A stretch of 46,996 bases of DNA from a virus (lineage: Duplodnaviria > Caudoviricetes), in IMG/VR virus record IMGVR_UViG_3300012157_000003, positions 1 to 46,996 of that record; one strand, written 5' to 3'. Positions 1 through 10,183 of this stretch are shown here, piece after piece (position 1 is the stretch's first letter; the number at the start of each line of letters is the position of its first letter). The notes beneath the pieces are model-generated. The model saw only the letters and a list, made by a program, of their open reading frames with translations, ran no database searches and was not told the DNA's origin. Made by a program: the position numbers and the translations under genes.

Positions 1-1803
1 GATAGTGGTAATAGTAATAATTGGACTGCTACCGGAGCTATTACTTTTGGAACATCAATTGCTATACCTGCAAATGCATCAAGTGCAGGAGCAGTTGATA
101 TATTAGGTCTTCCCTTTACTGCTAATCAAAACCTTGTTGTAGATGGATTTGCTTTTGATGGCTGGTTTAAGCATACAGGAACAGGAAGCTATAATTTAGG
201 TATTTGGGGATTTGGTAATCTTGTAGATTTTAGTCCAAATGTACAGGTTTTTGATGCTGATTCTGTAACTGCATTTCCTAGTGTTGGACCAATAGATGCG
301 GATAATATTCCATTACAAGTTCCTTTTGTAGCAGCCCAGGTTAGATATTTTAAATATACACCTAACAATCGCACGCTTTCAGTAGCTAATTTAACTGTTA
401 ACGCCCAAGAATCTCCAAATGAAAGTGTTCCACTTGGTTCGATATTTGTTCCAGATGACCATGATGAAGGATTTAAATTAGGAGCTTTCTCTGCAATTGA
501 TGGCGATGATTATCATGTTTTGAAATTTATTGACTTTGTATCCTGTGAAAGTGGTGATATTCTTGATAATGGATTTGTACTTGTTGGAGATAAATCTGAT
601 AATAGTTTGAAGGGTTATAATGCTAGTTTTGTATTACAATTCACCATTTCTTCGCGTACACTGGCTAGTACATTTGGATGTATTAGACAGTGCCGTGGTA
701 CTCAGAGATGGTGGATATTATATTTAAGTGGTGGTACTCAATTTGTAGCAAGATTTGTTACTGATGCTGGGGTAGAAGGCACAGCTCATAATGTTGCTAC
801 ATTAGCCTCAGCAGAAGATCCTTATTGTTTAGCTGTTAATAATGATGAAAGTATTTTGTACTATGGAGAGGCAACTGCTGGTAGCGATACTATTAAGCAG
901 TTTAATCTTGCAACTGATACCCTAATTGGTACATTTGCAGCTGCGCCCGGAGCTAACTATAAAGTAACCGATATTCTTGTTCTTAGTGACGATACTATTG
1001 TTGCCTATTGGGGTTCAATTTCTGATAATAATATACAAGTAATTCAATATAATGCGGCAGGAACTATTCTCGAAACAATTGATTTAGGAACAGGATTTGT
1101 ATTTCCTTCTCTTGTTCGTGGTAGGATGGCTTATAGTTTAGATGATCCTGATAGCGTATGGGTAATGTTACATCCCGGCGCGGATCATATTGGAGAAACA
1201 AAATTCATTGAAATTGAGTTAGCAACTGGGACATTTTTAAAAGAAATCTTTCAACAGGAATATGAGATTGGTGAATATAATTCTCCTGTTAATGCTTCTC
1301 CAGAAAGATTTGGTAATAGTTTTTCTTGTCCATTTTGGGTAGCTACTACAGGCGCAGCTCCGCCGGATACAGGAACATTAACAGTAGCAAAACTAAGTGA
1401 TCCTTTTAGTGGGGCTCATATATTTACAGTGGACGTACTTAGTGGATTGAGTCCTGCGGTCTTATCATTAGTAAGTGATGATCCGGGTCATACTTATGAT
1501 CCAGTTCCTGTTGGTATATATTCAGTTGTAGAAAGACCTGATCCTGATTGGGATCCAGTTTATTTTGTAAGTAACGACGTAAATAATGATAATTTACATG
1601 TAAGTGTTGGGGTGGGTGAGGATGTAACAGTAATAGTTCTCAATACATTCTCTTCTCCTGGAGGTGGCCCATTTGAATTATTTCCTCCTGCTCCAAACGA
1701 ACCAGATATTCCAACGGATGATTTTCCAAATGGGGATGGCACAGTAACAAAGCGAGGAATACCTCCTCCATTTATTATTACAGGGTTTATACGCGATGCC
1801 TAG
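1..1803 (+). CDS. C-terminal part of a large tail fibre/receptor-binding protein (beta-propeller-like region plus Ig-like C-terminus); 5' partial, probably continuing the ORF that starts at 46494
   Basis: Frame 1 is open from base 1 (DSGNSNNWTATG...) into the listed ORF 520..1803, so the listed TTG start is internal. Beta-rich T/G/D/N composition; lies in the tail module. Confidence 0.7.
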   Translation, partial: DSGNSNNWTATGAITFGTSIAIPANASSAGAVDILGLPFTANQNLVVDGFAFDGWFKHTGTGSYNLGIWGFGNLVDFSPNVQVFDADSVTAFPSVGPIDADNIPLQVPFVAAQVRYFKYTPNNRTLSVANLTVNAQESPNESVPLGSIFVPDDHDEGFKLGAFSAIDGDDYHVLKFIDFVSCESGDILDNGFVLVGDKSDNSLKGYNASFVLQFTISSRTLASTFGCIRQCRGTQRWWILYLSGGTQFVARFVTDAGVEGTAHNVATLASAEDPYCLAVNNDESILYYGEATAGSDTIKQFNLATDTLIGTFAAAPGANYKVTDILVLSDDTIVAYWGSISDNNIQVIQYNAAGTILETIDLGTGFVFPSLVRGRMAYSLDDPDSVWVMLHPGADHIGETKFIEIELATGTFLKEIFQQEYEIGEYNSPVNASPERFGNSFSCPFWVATTGAAPPDTGTLTVAKLSDPFSGAHIFTVDVLSGLSPAVLSLVSDDPGHTYDPVPVGIYSVVERPDPDWDPVYFVSNDVNNDNLHVSVGVGEDVTVIVLNTFSSPGGGPFELFPPAPNEPDIPTDDFPNGDGTVTKRGIPPPFIITGFIRDA

Positions 1804-2077
1804 TGGAAGTAATATCATTCATTTCGGAGCAATAAGAGTTCGAGCAGTTGGAACTGGAAAACTAAGATATCAATTTCAAGGCTATAATGATATCTTATTG
1901 GAGAATCTTGTTCCTCATGATTTAAGTAGCACCAATAGCAGGGAACAAACACGATTGGCTAATTTTCAAAGTCAAGCGGGGAAGTTAAAGATAGAGCAAA
2001 CTACCCGTGGTGAAATAATGAGAGTTAACCATGTGATAATTTTTGTGAAACAACTTTGGACTGATTATCCGAGTTAA
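1796..2077 (+). CDS. Small tail protein, possibly the detached C-terminal domain of the tail hub
   Basis: 93-aa beta-rich ORF overlapping the upstream stop; position in the tail module. Confidence 0.5.
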   Translation: MPSGSNIIHFGAIRVRAVGTGKLRYQFQGYNDILLENLVPHDLSSTNSREQTRLANFQSQAGKLKIEQTTRGEIMRVNHVIIFVKQLWTDYPS

Positions 2078-2079
2078 TT

Positions 2080-2502
2080 ATGCCGCAAGATAGAACTGAT
2101 TATGGAAGACTAAAGAGTCTCCTAAGTAGATCTAATGTACAAAAGGAGAATCAAGCTCTTTTTCAAACTATTAGAGATCTTATTAATGCGGCAGAAAATT
2201 TTCAGAATTTGGTCCTTAGCAATTTTGCGGATACCAGTTTTGAGGATACTATTAATGAAACTATTGATAGCATTAGGGCTATAACTCTTAGAGAAGTAAA
2301 TACAAGTGGTAGTGCTCAAAGTAGAGCTTTAAGTACTTACGTAAAAGGTATGACCGTATTCGTTGATATTAATGGTAATGCCAGTGCTAATAATATTACT
2401 CTTGTAGGAACGGTTAATGGAGTAGTAGATCCTGTAATAAACACAGATTTTGGATTTTTTAGAGTCTTTAAGAATTCTAATGGGGACTATAACGAATGGT
2501 AA
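2080..2502 (+). CDS. Putative virion/tail protein
   Basis: 140-aa ORF with helical N-terminus and beta-rich C-terminus, tightly packed in the operon. Confidence 0.5.
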   Translation: MPQDRTDYGRLKSLLSRSNVQKENQALFQTIRDLINAAENFQNLVLSNFADTSFEDTINETIDSIRAITLREVNTSGSAQSRALSTYVKGMTVFVDINGNASANNITLVGTVNGVVDPVINTDFGFFRVFKNSNGDYNEW

Positions 2503-2846
2503 AAGAAATCCAATTTAAGGAAGGAGTAAGGTTTAAGAGATGGACTAGAGCTCTTGAGGTAATTTTTAGTAAAATAAGGCTTGTGCAATCAAGATATGAA
2601 TGGACTCCAGAAATAATTACAATAACTTCAGTGAACGATGGGCAACATATGGTAGGTAGTAGACATTATATAGATGAGGCTGTTGATGTTAGATCTAAGA
2701 ATTTTAGCGATATGGCCGATAAGTTATTTTTTGTTAGTATACTAAGAGAAGAATTAGGATTTCAATTCACAGTATTATTTGAAAATCAAGGCACAGATAA
2801 TGAACACTTTCACGTGCAAGTAAGAAAAGGTATAATTCTGACGTGA
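2496..2846 (+). CDS. Peptidase M15-like zinc peptidoglycan peptidase (endolysin candidate)
   Basis: Motifs ITSVNDGQH, SRHY...AVDVR and EHFHVQ match the H-x6-D ... H-x-H zinc site of the M15/hedgehog fold. Confidence 0.8.
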   Translation: MVKEIQFKEGVRFKRWTRALEVIFSKIRLVQSRYEWTPEIITITSVNDGQHMVGSRHYIDEAVDVRSKNFSDMADKLFFVSILREELGFQFTVLFENQGTDNEHFHVQVRKGIILT

Positions 2847-3214
2847 ACATAAGAGCTTTAGAGATAAGGGATATAGAAAAACTAAGAGAGATTCATGAGA
2901 AGTATTTTAAGGAAGAGTTTCCTTTCCCTGATTTTCTCAATGGTTATATTTGTGCTTGTGTTGTAGAGAAAGATAGTAAGATTATTTGTGCTGGTGGCGT
3001 ACGAACCATAACGGAACTTATAGCGATTACTGATAAATCACAAATGCCTCGTGATCGAGTAAGAGGTCTTAGAAGACTACTTGAGGCATCTATTTATTTT
3101 AGTACTAAAACGGGCCATGATCATCTTCATACGTTTTCACAAGGTGATATTTGGATAAATCAGTTAACTAAGGCTGGATTTATGCCTTGTAATGGGACTG
3201 CATTATACATTTGA
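2843..3214 (+). CDS. GNAT-fold acetyltransferase-like protein
   Basis: MNIRALEIRDIEKL start, VVEKDSKIICAGGV strand and LTKAGF end. Sits just before the ejection genes, as in P22-like phages. Confidence 0.65.
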   Translation: MNIRALEIRDIEKLREIHEKYFKEEFPFPDFLNGYICACVVEKDSKIICAGGVRTITELIAITDKSQMPRDRVRGLRRLLEASIYFSTKTGHDHLHTFSQGDIWINQLTKAGFMPCNGTALYI

Positions 3215-3220
3215 GGATTT

Positions 3221-4267
3221 ATGGCAAAAGGTGATCATCGGAGAGTACAGGATCAAATTCGTACTCAGCAAGGTATTGCTCAGAATAATATGGGCCAGGT
3301 TAATAACCAGTTAGGAAGAACTGCTGGTGAAATTGGTGGATATTATTCCGAGGGCGCAGGAAGAAATATTGCGGATTATGATACTATCATGCAAGGTTAT
3401 CAAAATCTTGGTGGTGGTGGGGGAGCAGGTGGGGGTGGAAGTTTATTTAATGAAGCTGCACAAGGATATAGAGGATTAACTCAGGGAGATAAATACGGAT
3501 GGGATCCTTTATTTAAGGGAGCTCTAAGTAAATCTATTGGGACCTTTGGTGAATTTGCTGATACGGGGGGATTTAGTGATCAGGATATTCAGAATATTAG
3601 GGCGAGGAATATTGCACCTACAAGAAGTGTATTTAGTAGTGCTCAAAGAGGATTAAATCAGAATAGATCTCTTGGGGGGTTCTCTCCTAATTATGCAGCC
3701 GCGTCGGCTAAATTAACACGTGATCTTGCTAGCACCATTGGTGATATGAATGTTAATACTAATGCGGGCATTGCAGAAATGGTTGCCCAAAATAGATTAG
3801 CAGGTGCGGGGGGATTAAGTGCAGCAGGTATTGGTGGGCAGGGACAAGATACCGCTATTAATGGATTAAATCTTCAAGCATTATTAGCTGGTTTAGGTGG
3901 GTTAATGAGTGTAGGATCTGCAAAAGCCGGAGCAGGTGCAGCGGGTAGAGCTAATGATTTAGCAGCATTAAGAGGTATGACTGATCTTTATGGTACTAGC
4001 CCAGCGTTAGCTCATACATTTGGTAATCAGTTATTAGGTGCTAATGGGCAATTACTTGAGGGAGCGGGATTACAGAATAACTTATCTATGGGTGGAGTTA
4101 ATAATCAGTATAATGGAGCTCAAATCCCAGGAAACTTTGCTAATACCATGCAGGGTATTAATTCCGTTCTTCCAATAGCTAGTCAAATCGCTGGGGCATT
4201 TGCAGGATTAGGTGGGAATAAACCACCAAATACCCGTACATTTAATGCTGATGGATGGAGTGCTTAA
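3221..4267 (+). CDS. Internal virion/DNA-ejection protein 1 (Gly/Ala/Gln/Asn-rich; MAKGD N-terminus)
   Basis: Composition, and first of three genes after the GNAT gene; RBS GAGGA. Confidence 0.65.
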   Translation: MAKGDHRRVQDQIRTQQGIAQNNMGQVNNQLGRTAGEIGGYYSEGAGRNIADYDTIMQGYQNLGGGGGAGGGGSLFNEAAQGYRGLTQGDKYGWDPLFKGALSKSIGTFGEFADTGGFSDQDIQNIRARNIAPTRSVFSSAQRGLNQNRSLGGFSPNYAAASAKLTRDLASTIGDMNVNTNAGIAEMVAQNRLAGAGGLSAAGIGGQGQDTAINGLNLQALLAGLGGLMSVGSAKAGAGAAGRANDLAALRGMTDLYGTSPALAHTFGNQLLGANGQLLEGAGLQNNLSMGGVNNQYNGAQIPGNFANTMQGINSVLPIASQIAGAFAGLGGNKPPNTRTFNADGWSA

Positions 4268-4285
4268 GGAAAGGAGGTAAATTAA

Positions 4286-5548
4286 ATGTTTGATTTTCCA
4301 ATGTTACAGGGGTTGGGGCAATTAACTCAACAACCACAAGTTCAAGCTCCCCCGCGAATGAATATGCCTTTGTTAAATATTCCTATGCTTGGTGGAACAC
4401 CTGAGCCCGAGGATAATATTACAAGCTTAATGAATCAGCTCTATAATCCTCAAATGGGTATGCAGAATCAGTATAATGAGCTAATTCAAAATTATCCACA
4501 AAGAGAGCAACCTAGTGGTTGGAGAAGATTTGGTGCAGCTCTTTATGGAATGGGACGGGAAGATCCATTAAAAGCTGCTGATCAGTTTAATAACTATCAT
4601 TACTATCAGAATCTTAGTGATTGGAATAATCAAGCTAAGAACTTACAAATGGCTGCTGATAATGAGCGAGCTCAGAATATTAATGAGCGTCAAATTGCTT
4701 ATCAGACGGCTGGAAGAACATTAGAGGAAAGGCGTATTAAAGAGACCGAAAGAAAGAATCTAGAAACTGAGGATCTTAAGAGAAAGACTGAAGATAGAAG
4801 AGCTCAGAGTGCTAGGATTCTTGATCATATTAGAATGAATCCTAATTTCGTACCACGAGAGATTAATGGGGAATTAGTATTTTTTGATCCCCGTACTGGA
4901 GATACGCAATCTACTGGATTTAAAGGATTGTCTGATCAAGAAAGATTAGATATCCAAAATGCTGCAGCAATGGCTAGAACTAAGTATTCTGCAGATTCTG
5001 CTACTGAACGTACAGGAATGACTATTGCAGGTCAAGCTGATAGACAACAGGTTGGAGCCTGGAATGTTGTAGAAGTTGATGATCCCAATAATCCTGGTAA
5101 GAAGAAGACCGTTAGAATGAATACGATTACTGGGGCTATTAGTGATTTACCTGTTACAGGCGCGAGGCGTATTGGAACAGGTGCAGGATCAGGTGGAGAT
5201 CCTAATTTAGCTGAATCTCGAGCGCGTTATGTAAGAGCTCAAGAAGCTAAGATGAAACCGGGATGGAGTAAATATGTAACTCTTGGACCTAATAATACAG
5301 TTACTATCCAACCACCTGGAATATTCTCAGGTCCTGATGCTAAAACCCATAAAGAAATTAGTGACTTTATTCTTGGTACTACTATGCCAGCTAATATGGC
5401 TGCGCCGGGTAGAACTAGTGGGCCATTAAAAGTTAATCCCCCGGGAGCTAGCAATACTACTGCACCAACTATTAGACGTCAAAGAAATAACCGTACTGGT
5501 GAAGTTAGAGTTTCTTATGATGGTGGAAAGACGTGGAGTAACCAATAA
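4286..5548 (+). CDS. Internal virion/DNA-ejection protein 2
   Basis: M/Q/P-rich N-terminus and coiled-coil middle; strong RBS AAGGAGGT; synteny. Confidence 0.6.
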   Translation: MFDFPMLQGLGQLTQQPQVQAPPRMNMPLLNIPMLGGTPEPEDNITSLMNQLYNPQMGMQNQYNELIQNYPQREQPSGWRRFGAALYGMGREDPLKAADQFNNYHYYQNLSDWNNQAKNLQMAADNERAQNINERQIAYQTAGRTLEERRIKETERKNLETEDLKRKTEDRRAQSARILDHIRMNPNFVPREINGELVFFDPRTGDTQSTGFKGLSDQERLDIQNAAAMARTKYSADSATERTGMTIAGQADRQQVGAWNVVEVDDPNNPGKKKTVRMNTITGAISDLPVTGARRIGTGAGSGGDPNLAESRARYVRAQEAKMKPGWSKYVTLGPNNTVTIQPPGIFSGPDAKTHKEISDFILGTTMPANMAAPGRTSGPLKVNPPGASNTTAPTIRRQRNNRTGEVRVSYDGGKTWSNQ

Positions 5549-7698
5549 TGCCCCAAAACGAATGGGTCGATATTGATGATGGTTGGGAAGATATTGATAG
5601 TAGCCCAGCTGTTCAAGCTCCTAAAAGCTGGATGAGCCCATTAACTGAATCTTGGGCTCCTAAGGTAAATATCCCCCAAAATATTCCTGAGTATCAGAAA
5701 TTACCAGGGGAAATTTACAATAGGTTTATTGAGCCAATGACTTCTCCATTAGGCGCAATAATGACAGGATTTGGTGGGGCTGCACTTAAGCCATTAGCTA
5801 GTTTATTTCCTAAAGCAGTAGGTACAGGAGTAGCCGCATTAGGAGGATCACAAGTAGCTCAAATTCCCGGTACAATAGGAGATATAAGTAGAGAAGGATT
5901 CAATGCTAAAAATGTAGTGGATCTTACTGAAGGACTTACTGGAGCCGCAGCTATTCCTTTTGGTGTGGGAATGGTTAGAAAGAATATGGTTCCTAAAGTA
6001 AGCGCGCCGGCTAGTGTAATAAGTAAAGTTGAAACTCCTATTGCACGAGCCGAAACTCCAACAGTATTAAATCCTCAGCAGTCTATGTTAGATTTAGATT
6101 ATGGAGATATTGTTAAGCCTACACCTGATGCACCAACTATTAACATTAAACAACCTGATACACCTGTTGATGTAACTCAGAAACTTAATGCGGCAATACA
6201 GAAAACTAGGCCATTAAGCAGAGCTCAAGAGATATTGCTTAGTACAGAAAGATCCGATAGAATTTCTCGTGCTATGACTCAAGGCGGAGAAGGTCAGGAT
6301 TGGGCTAAGAGTTTTATGGGCCAATTAGCTGGCGAACATACGAAGATTAAGATGGAGCCGCTTAAATTAGATCAGACGGATGTAGATGAAATCTTTAATA
6401 CAATAAAGGCTAGCAAAGAAACTATTGGATTTGATAAGGCTAAGTCTATCGGGGCAGTAACGAAATTATTAAGTGGAGAAGTTCTTCAAAGAAACGAAAT
6501 AGATCAATTAAGTAATCTTTTTGGGAAGGATACGGGGATTCTTCTTAGACAGCAATTACCTACGGTGGATAAGGCGCGAGGTATTATTGAGGAATTTGTT
6601 AATCTTCCTCGTGCTGTAATGGCATCATTAGATTTAAGTGCTCCATTTAGGCAGGGATTAGGATTGATTGGAGAGAAAACTTTCTGGCAATCAATGCCTA
6701 CAATGGTAAAAGCCTATGGATCTAGAAAGGCTTTTGATGGAGCGCAAGAAGCTATTGAGGCTAATCCTAAATTTAAGTTAATGAAAGATAGTGGGTTAGC
6801 TTTAACGGATCTCTTAGGATCTAATAGAGAAGAACGTTTCATGTCTAATTGGGCTGAAAGAATCCCACTTATTCGTAATGCAGTTGTACCGGCTAATAGA
6901 GCATATACAGCATATCTTAATAAGATTAGAGCAGATACATTTAGTAAGCTCACAGATGATGCTAAGAATATTGGACTTGATCCGGAGAAGAATTTAGTAT
7001 TAACAAAGGATATAGCTAACTTTATTAATAATGCTACAGGTAGGGGTAGCCTTGGGAAATTTGAGCAAAGCGCAATAGGACTAAATAGTGTGTTTTTCTC
7101 ACCACGCTTAATAGCCTCGCGGGTTAAGATGTTGTATCCAGGTACATATATTAAAGCTAGCCCCATGGTGAGGAAACAGTATCTTAAGTCTATGCTCTCT
7201 ATTGGGGCGGTAGGAAATGCTACATTAGGATTAGCTGCTATGGGTGGAGCGGAAATAGATACTGATCCTCGTGGTAGTGATTTCATGAAGGCTAAGATTG
7301 GTAATACTAGATTAGATCCTTGGGGTGGATTTCAGCAATATGGCGTCTTAGGCGCGAGGCAAGTATTCGGAGAATCTAAATCATCTACTAGTGGCAATAC
7401 TTATGAATTAGGCTCTCGCTATGGGTTACCTACGAGGCTTGATGTAGCGGCGAGATTTGGAGAAAGTAAGTTACATCCTTTTGCTAGTTTCTTTACTACA
7501 CTTTTACGTGGAAAGAACTGGGCTGGTCAACCTATAAGTATTCCTGAAGAACTGATTAGAAGATATACTCCTATGATTACTCAGGATCTTTATGATATCT
7601 TACAGGATGATCCAGCCTTAGCTCCATTAGTTCTTCCTGCTATTGGTGGTATGGGTGTTCAGACATTTGGTGGTAACGATCAAATTAGAGGGTATTAA
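5548..7698 (+). CDS. Large internal virion/DNA-ejection protein 3
   Basis: 716-aa helical protein; N-terminal EWVDIDDGWEDI motif typical of podoviral ejection proteins; last large gene of the late arm. Confidence 0.65.
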   Translation: MPQNEWVDIDDGWEDIDSSPAVQAPKSWMSPLTESWAPKVNIPQNIPEYQKLPGEIYNRFIEPMTSPLGAIMTGFGGAALKPLASLFPKAVGTGVAALGGSQVAQIPGTIGDISREGFNAKNVVDLTEGLTGAAAIPFGVGMVRKNMVPKVSAPASVISKVETPIARAETPTVLNPQQSMLDLDYGDIVKPTPDAPTINIKQPDTPVDVTQKLNAAIQKTRPLSRAQEILLSTERSDRISRAMTQGGEGQDWAKSFMGQLAGEHTKIKMEPLKLDQTDVDEIFNTIKASKETIGFDKAKSIGAVTKLLSGEVLQRNEIDQLSNLFGKDTGILLRQQLPTVDKARGIIEEFVNLPRAVMASLDLSAPFRQGLGLIGEKTFWQSMPTMVKAYGSRKAFDGAQEAIEANPKFKLMKDSGLALTDLLGSNREERFMSNWAERIPLIRNAVVPANRAYTAYLNKIRADTFSKLTDDAKNIGLDPEKNLVLTKDIANFINNATGRGSLGKFEQSAIGLNSVFFSPRLIASRVKMLYPGTYIKASPMVRKQYLKSMLSIGAVGNATLGLAAMGGAEIDTDPRGSDFMKAKIGNTRLDPWGGFQQYGVLGARQVFGESKSSTSGNTYELGSRYGLPTRLDVAARFGESKLHPFASFFTTLLRGKNWAGQPISIPEELIRRYTPMITQDLYDILQDDPALAPLVLPAIGGMGVQTFGGNDQIRGY

Positions 7699-7700
7699 TC

Positions 7701-7883
7701 ATGATTGGTTTATTGCTCACGTTAGCTGTTATCGGGTTTATTGTTTGGTTAATCGTAACCTACATCCCAATGCCGGATGTATTTCAAAAAGGGATTATCG
7801 TTATTGCGGTAATCTTTGTACTACTTTACGTGCTTAACGCGCTTGGTGTTGTTGGACCCGAGATTCCTAGACTTAATAGGTAG
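7701..7883 (+). CDS. Small two-helix membrane protein (Thivi_2564-like)
   Basis: Two hydrophobic helices flanking YIPMP. Confidence 0.65.
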   Translation: MIGLLLTLAVIGFIVWLIVTYIPMPDVFQKGIIVIAVIFVLLYVLNALGVVGPEIPRLNR

Positions 7884-8195
7884 GCGTGTAGTTATGTTTT
7901 GCATGTGGGGTAGTAATTCCTCATTATGCATAATAGCAAATAAGTTCCATGCGGTATGAGCTAAATGGTCCTCACTTGTATCACCAGCTAAATACTTGTT
8001 GATATGAGTGAGGGCATGATTTAGTAGGTTTTTAGTAGGAATACCTTTAAGCCAATTCTCATCCCCATATTTAAGAGAACCCTCACCATAAGTTTCTGCT
8101 AGTCTTCTCATACCTACGGGAGTAATTAAATCAAACCTCGCAATTGAATCCTCCTTACCTCTTACAGCCCCAGATTTAAACTTTGTAAGTTTCAT
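7821..8195 (-). CDS. dATP/dGTP diphosphohydrolase domain protein (DUF5664)
   Basis: Motifs FKSGAVR, RFDLI, GSLKYGDENWLKGIP and EDHLAHTAWN. Confidence 0.85.
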   Translation of the reverse strand: MKLTKFKSGAVRGKEDSIARFDLITPVGMRRLAETYGEGSLKYGDENWLKGIPTKNLLNHALTHINKYLAGDTSEDHLAHTAWNLFAIMHNEELLPHMQNITTRLPIKSRNLGSNNTKRVKHVK

Positions 8196-8383
8196 TATTC
8201 GTTCTCCAGAAACGGTAATCTAATTGTTGTCTTCAATCGCCTTCTCTTTTCTCGTTCATAGTTCGCACGCTTTAATCTACATTTAAAACAGATAGAGTAA
8301 TCCTTATCTCTTTCTCCCTTGGGATTGAAACATTCAGGGCATCTCCCTTCTTCTAATGCTTTATCGTATAGGACTTTATACAT
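8195..8383 (-). CDS. Small zinc-finger protein
   Basis: CPEC...CFKC followed by a basic helix. Confidence 0.6.
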   Translation of the reverse strand: MYKVLYDKALEEGRCPECFNPKGERDKDYSICFKCRLKRANYEREKRRRLKTTIRLPFLENE

Positions 8384-9911
8384 CTTCTTCTATTAGCCTG
8401 GTAAGCATATCAATTTCCGATTTAGCAAACACTGGCATTTCGTATTTTAGTTTTTGAATTAGATCTTGAGTACTTCCTGTATCCCAATAAGAAAATCTAT
8501 TAGGTCTGCCAGGTATTTTCGAGTACATATCTTCAAGTACCATGTAGAGAATTGGATGTGCGCTCATCCCATTAGCTCTTAAATCAGAGAAAGGCATAAT
8601 CCCAATAATCTTGTACTTGTCAATGAGTTCTTCATAGACGGGAACACACTCAATAATCTCATCTTCTTCCCAAATGCCCTGGTCATAGAACATTAGAGTC
8701 GCGACGATAGGAAGTTTATAAGCTGTTAGAATATTCATCATCTTTGTTAATCTTACTTCTAATTTCGAGACAGATTCACCCACTCTTCTATAACATTTAG
8801 CCCCCAGAAAAGTCTGATTACTAACGAGAAAAGCAGGAATAGCACTTGGCCAATTATCAGCGTCGTAATAATATATGATGGGTTTATTGGGCCATGTGTT
8901 TTGTATTTCCCTAAATTTATCACGCTTATCGTTAATACTTGAACCACCACAATGGACGTAATAGTAAAGAGTTCGATTGTCATACTGTTTGACCACTTCA
9001 ATGGGGGTATCCTCTCCAAGAATTAGTGGTAATTCTTTAGGTACTTTAGATAGAGCTCGGTAATCAGGAAAACATACATTACCAATGAATCTATCGGTTG
9101 TAACGATTTGTCCATTCTTAAAATTGTGTGTATCATAAGGAGCACAAATCATTAATCGAGGATATTTCTCGATAAGTTGAGATGGTTCTGGTATTGGCTT
9201 CTCAATAGGGGTAAATTGATCGGATGTAACAAAGAATGTTTTAGCATCTTCAGGTAGGGAAATTGATACTGTGCAAGTGTTATCATCATGCTCAACAATT
9301 GTACAGCCTACTTGAGTTTTTACTTGGGCTACTAGGTATAGCTTCTCAGCAACAGAATCATAAGCGATAATATCTTTATCAGAAGCGGTATGGAGACCCA
9401 CTCCCCATTTACCACTTGTTCTATAACGGGCTAGATGATAGTCTTGAATAGTAACGAGACCAACAGCATCAGTAAATAAATCCCATCCAGCAAATCCTTG
9501 AGATGTTCTATTATCAGGTAGAGGAATTGGATTTTTACTTAATTGATCTCCATTAGTATTAAATAGGTAATAATCAGGATGACAATCAGTAATAAGAATA
9601 TGGGCTGAATTAATCCATACACCCCACATACCGCAGCCAGCTCGTAGTTTCTTCTCTACTTTGCCAGTTTCTTTACAAACTAAGAAAGTACATTGGTCCT
9701 TAGCAAGATTAGCAGATGACATAAGGATGGCATAATGTTTATCATCAATTATGTCAGCCTTCATGTAATAGCCCTTGATATTCTCGTTAGGTACATCTTG
9801 AGGTAAAGGTATTACAGGATCATTACCAAAACGAACTTCACCTAGAATACCTTTACCCCATGAAGAACTAACACGTACTTTATCTACTGTTGTATCAGTA
9901 AAGAAGTTCAT
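8376..9911 (-). CDS. Hypothetical two-domain protein (beta-rich N-half, PIPEP linker, alpha/beta C-half)
   Basis: 511-aa ORF with RBS GAGG, directly downstream of the tRNA. Confidence 0.6.
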   Translation of the reverse strand: MNFFTDTTVDKVRVSSSWGKGILGEVRFGNDPVIPLPQDVPNENIKGYYMKADIIDDKHYAILMSSANLAKDQCTFLVCKETGKVEKKLRAGCGMWGVWINSAHILITDCHPDYYLFNTNGDQLSKNPIPLPDNRTSQGFAGWDLFTDAVGLVTIQDYHLARYRTSGKWGVGLHTASDKDIIAYDSVAEKLYLVAQVKTQVGCTIVEHDDNTCTVSISLPEDAKTFFVTSDQFTPIEKPIPEPSQLIEKYPRLMICAPYDTHNFKNGQIVTTDRFIGNVCFPDYRALSKVPKELPLILGEDTPIEVVKQYDNRTLYYYVHCGGSSINDKRDKFREIQNTWPNKPIIYYYDADNWPSAIPAFLVSNQTFLGAKCYRRVGESVSKLEVRLTKMMNILTAYKLPIVATLMFYDQGIWEEDEIIECVPVYEELIDKYKIIGIMPFSDLRANGMSAHPILYMVLEDMYSKIPGRPNRFSYWDTGSTQDLIQKLKYEMPVFAKSEIDMLTRLIEEDV

Positions 9912-9930
9912 TTATACCTCGCGCTTTTAG

Positions 9931-10017
9931 TGGTGCCATGAGAGGGACTCGAACCCTCAATCCCGTAAGGGCCTAGGATTTTAAGTCCTATGCGTATACC
10001 AATTCCGCCATCATGGC
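9931..10017 (-). tRNA. trnL: tRNA-Leu, anticodon TAA, with encoded CCA
   Basis: Reverse complement reads GCCATGA...TAGGA-CTTAAAA-TCCTA, long variable arm, GAGGG-TTCGAGT-CCCTC, TCATGGC-A-CCA. All stems pair; 87 nt. Confidence 0.97.
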
Positions 10018-10025
10018 TATGTTAA

Positions 10026-10181
10026 CTAAGCATCAAGTTTCTTATGCCACTTAGTATGATCTTTTAAATAGAGCGCGTATATGTTGGCATAACAGATGGG
10101 ACATACAAACTGGTTATCATGTATTGTTTTCCACTCTGCATCCTTATCTAACTTCTCTTTTTCTTTGGCTGTTAATGGCAT
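10026..10181 (-). CDS. 51-aa C2H2-type zinc-finger protein (not in ORF track)
   Basis: Hand translation MPLTAKEKEKLDKDAEWKTIHDNQFVCPICYANIYALYLKDHTKWHKKLDA; fills the gap between the DUF3987 gene and the tRNA. Confidence 0.65.
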   Translation of the reverse strand: MPLTAKEKEKLDKDAEWKTIHDNQFVCPICYANIYALYLKDHTKWHKKLDA

Positions 10182-10183
10182 GA

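Noticed and set aside
6714-7286. 190-aa antisense ORF and other nested ORFs (e.g. 12237-12587, 13616-13969, 45324-45647)
   Set aside because: They are shadows of well-supported genes on the other strand or frame, without motifs.
7821-7883. 63-nt tail-to-tail overlap of the two genome arms as a regulatory device
   Set aside because: The overlapping C-terminal extension of the DUF5664 ORF lies beyond its conserved domain and is most simply a drifted stop codon.
7821-8195. Z-genome or 7-deazaguanine system suggested by DUF5664
   Set aside because: No PurZ, DatZ-like HD, FolE/QueC/QueD/QueE or DpdA-like ORF is recognisable, and DUF5664 alone is common in phages.
9931-10017. tRNA as attP of a temperate phage
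   Set aside because: No integrase or repressor is seen; the tRNA is full length and embedded in an operon.
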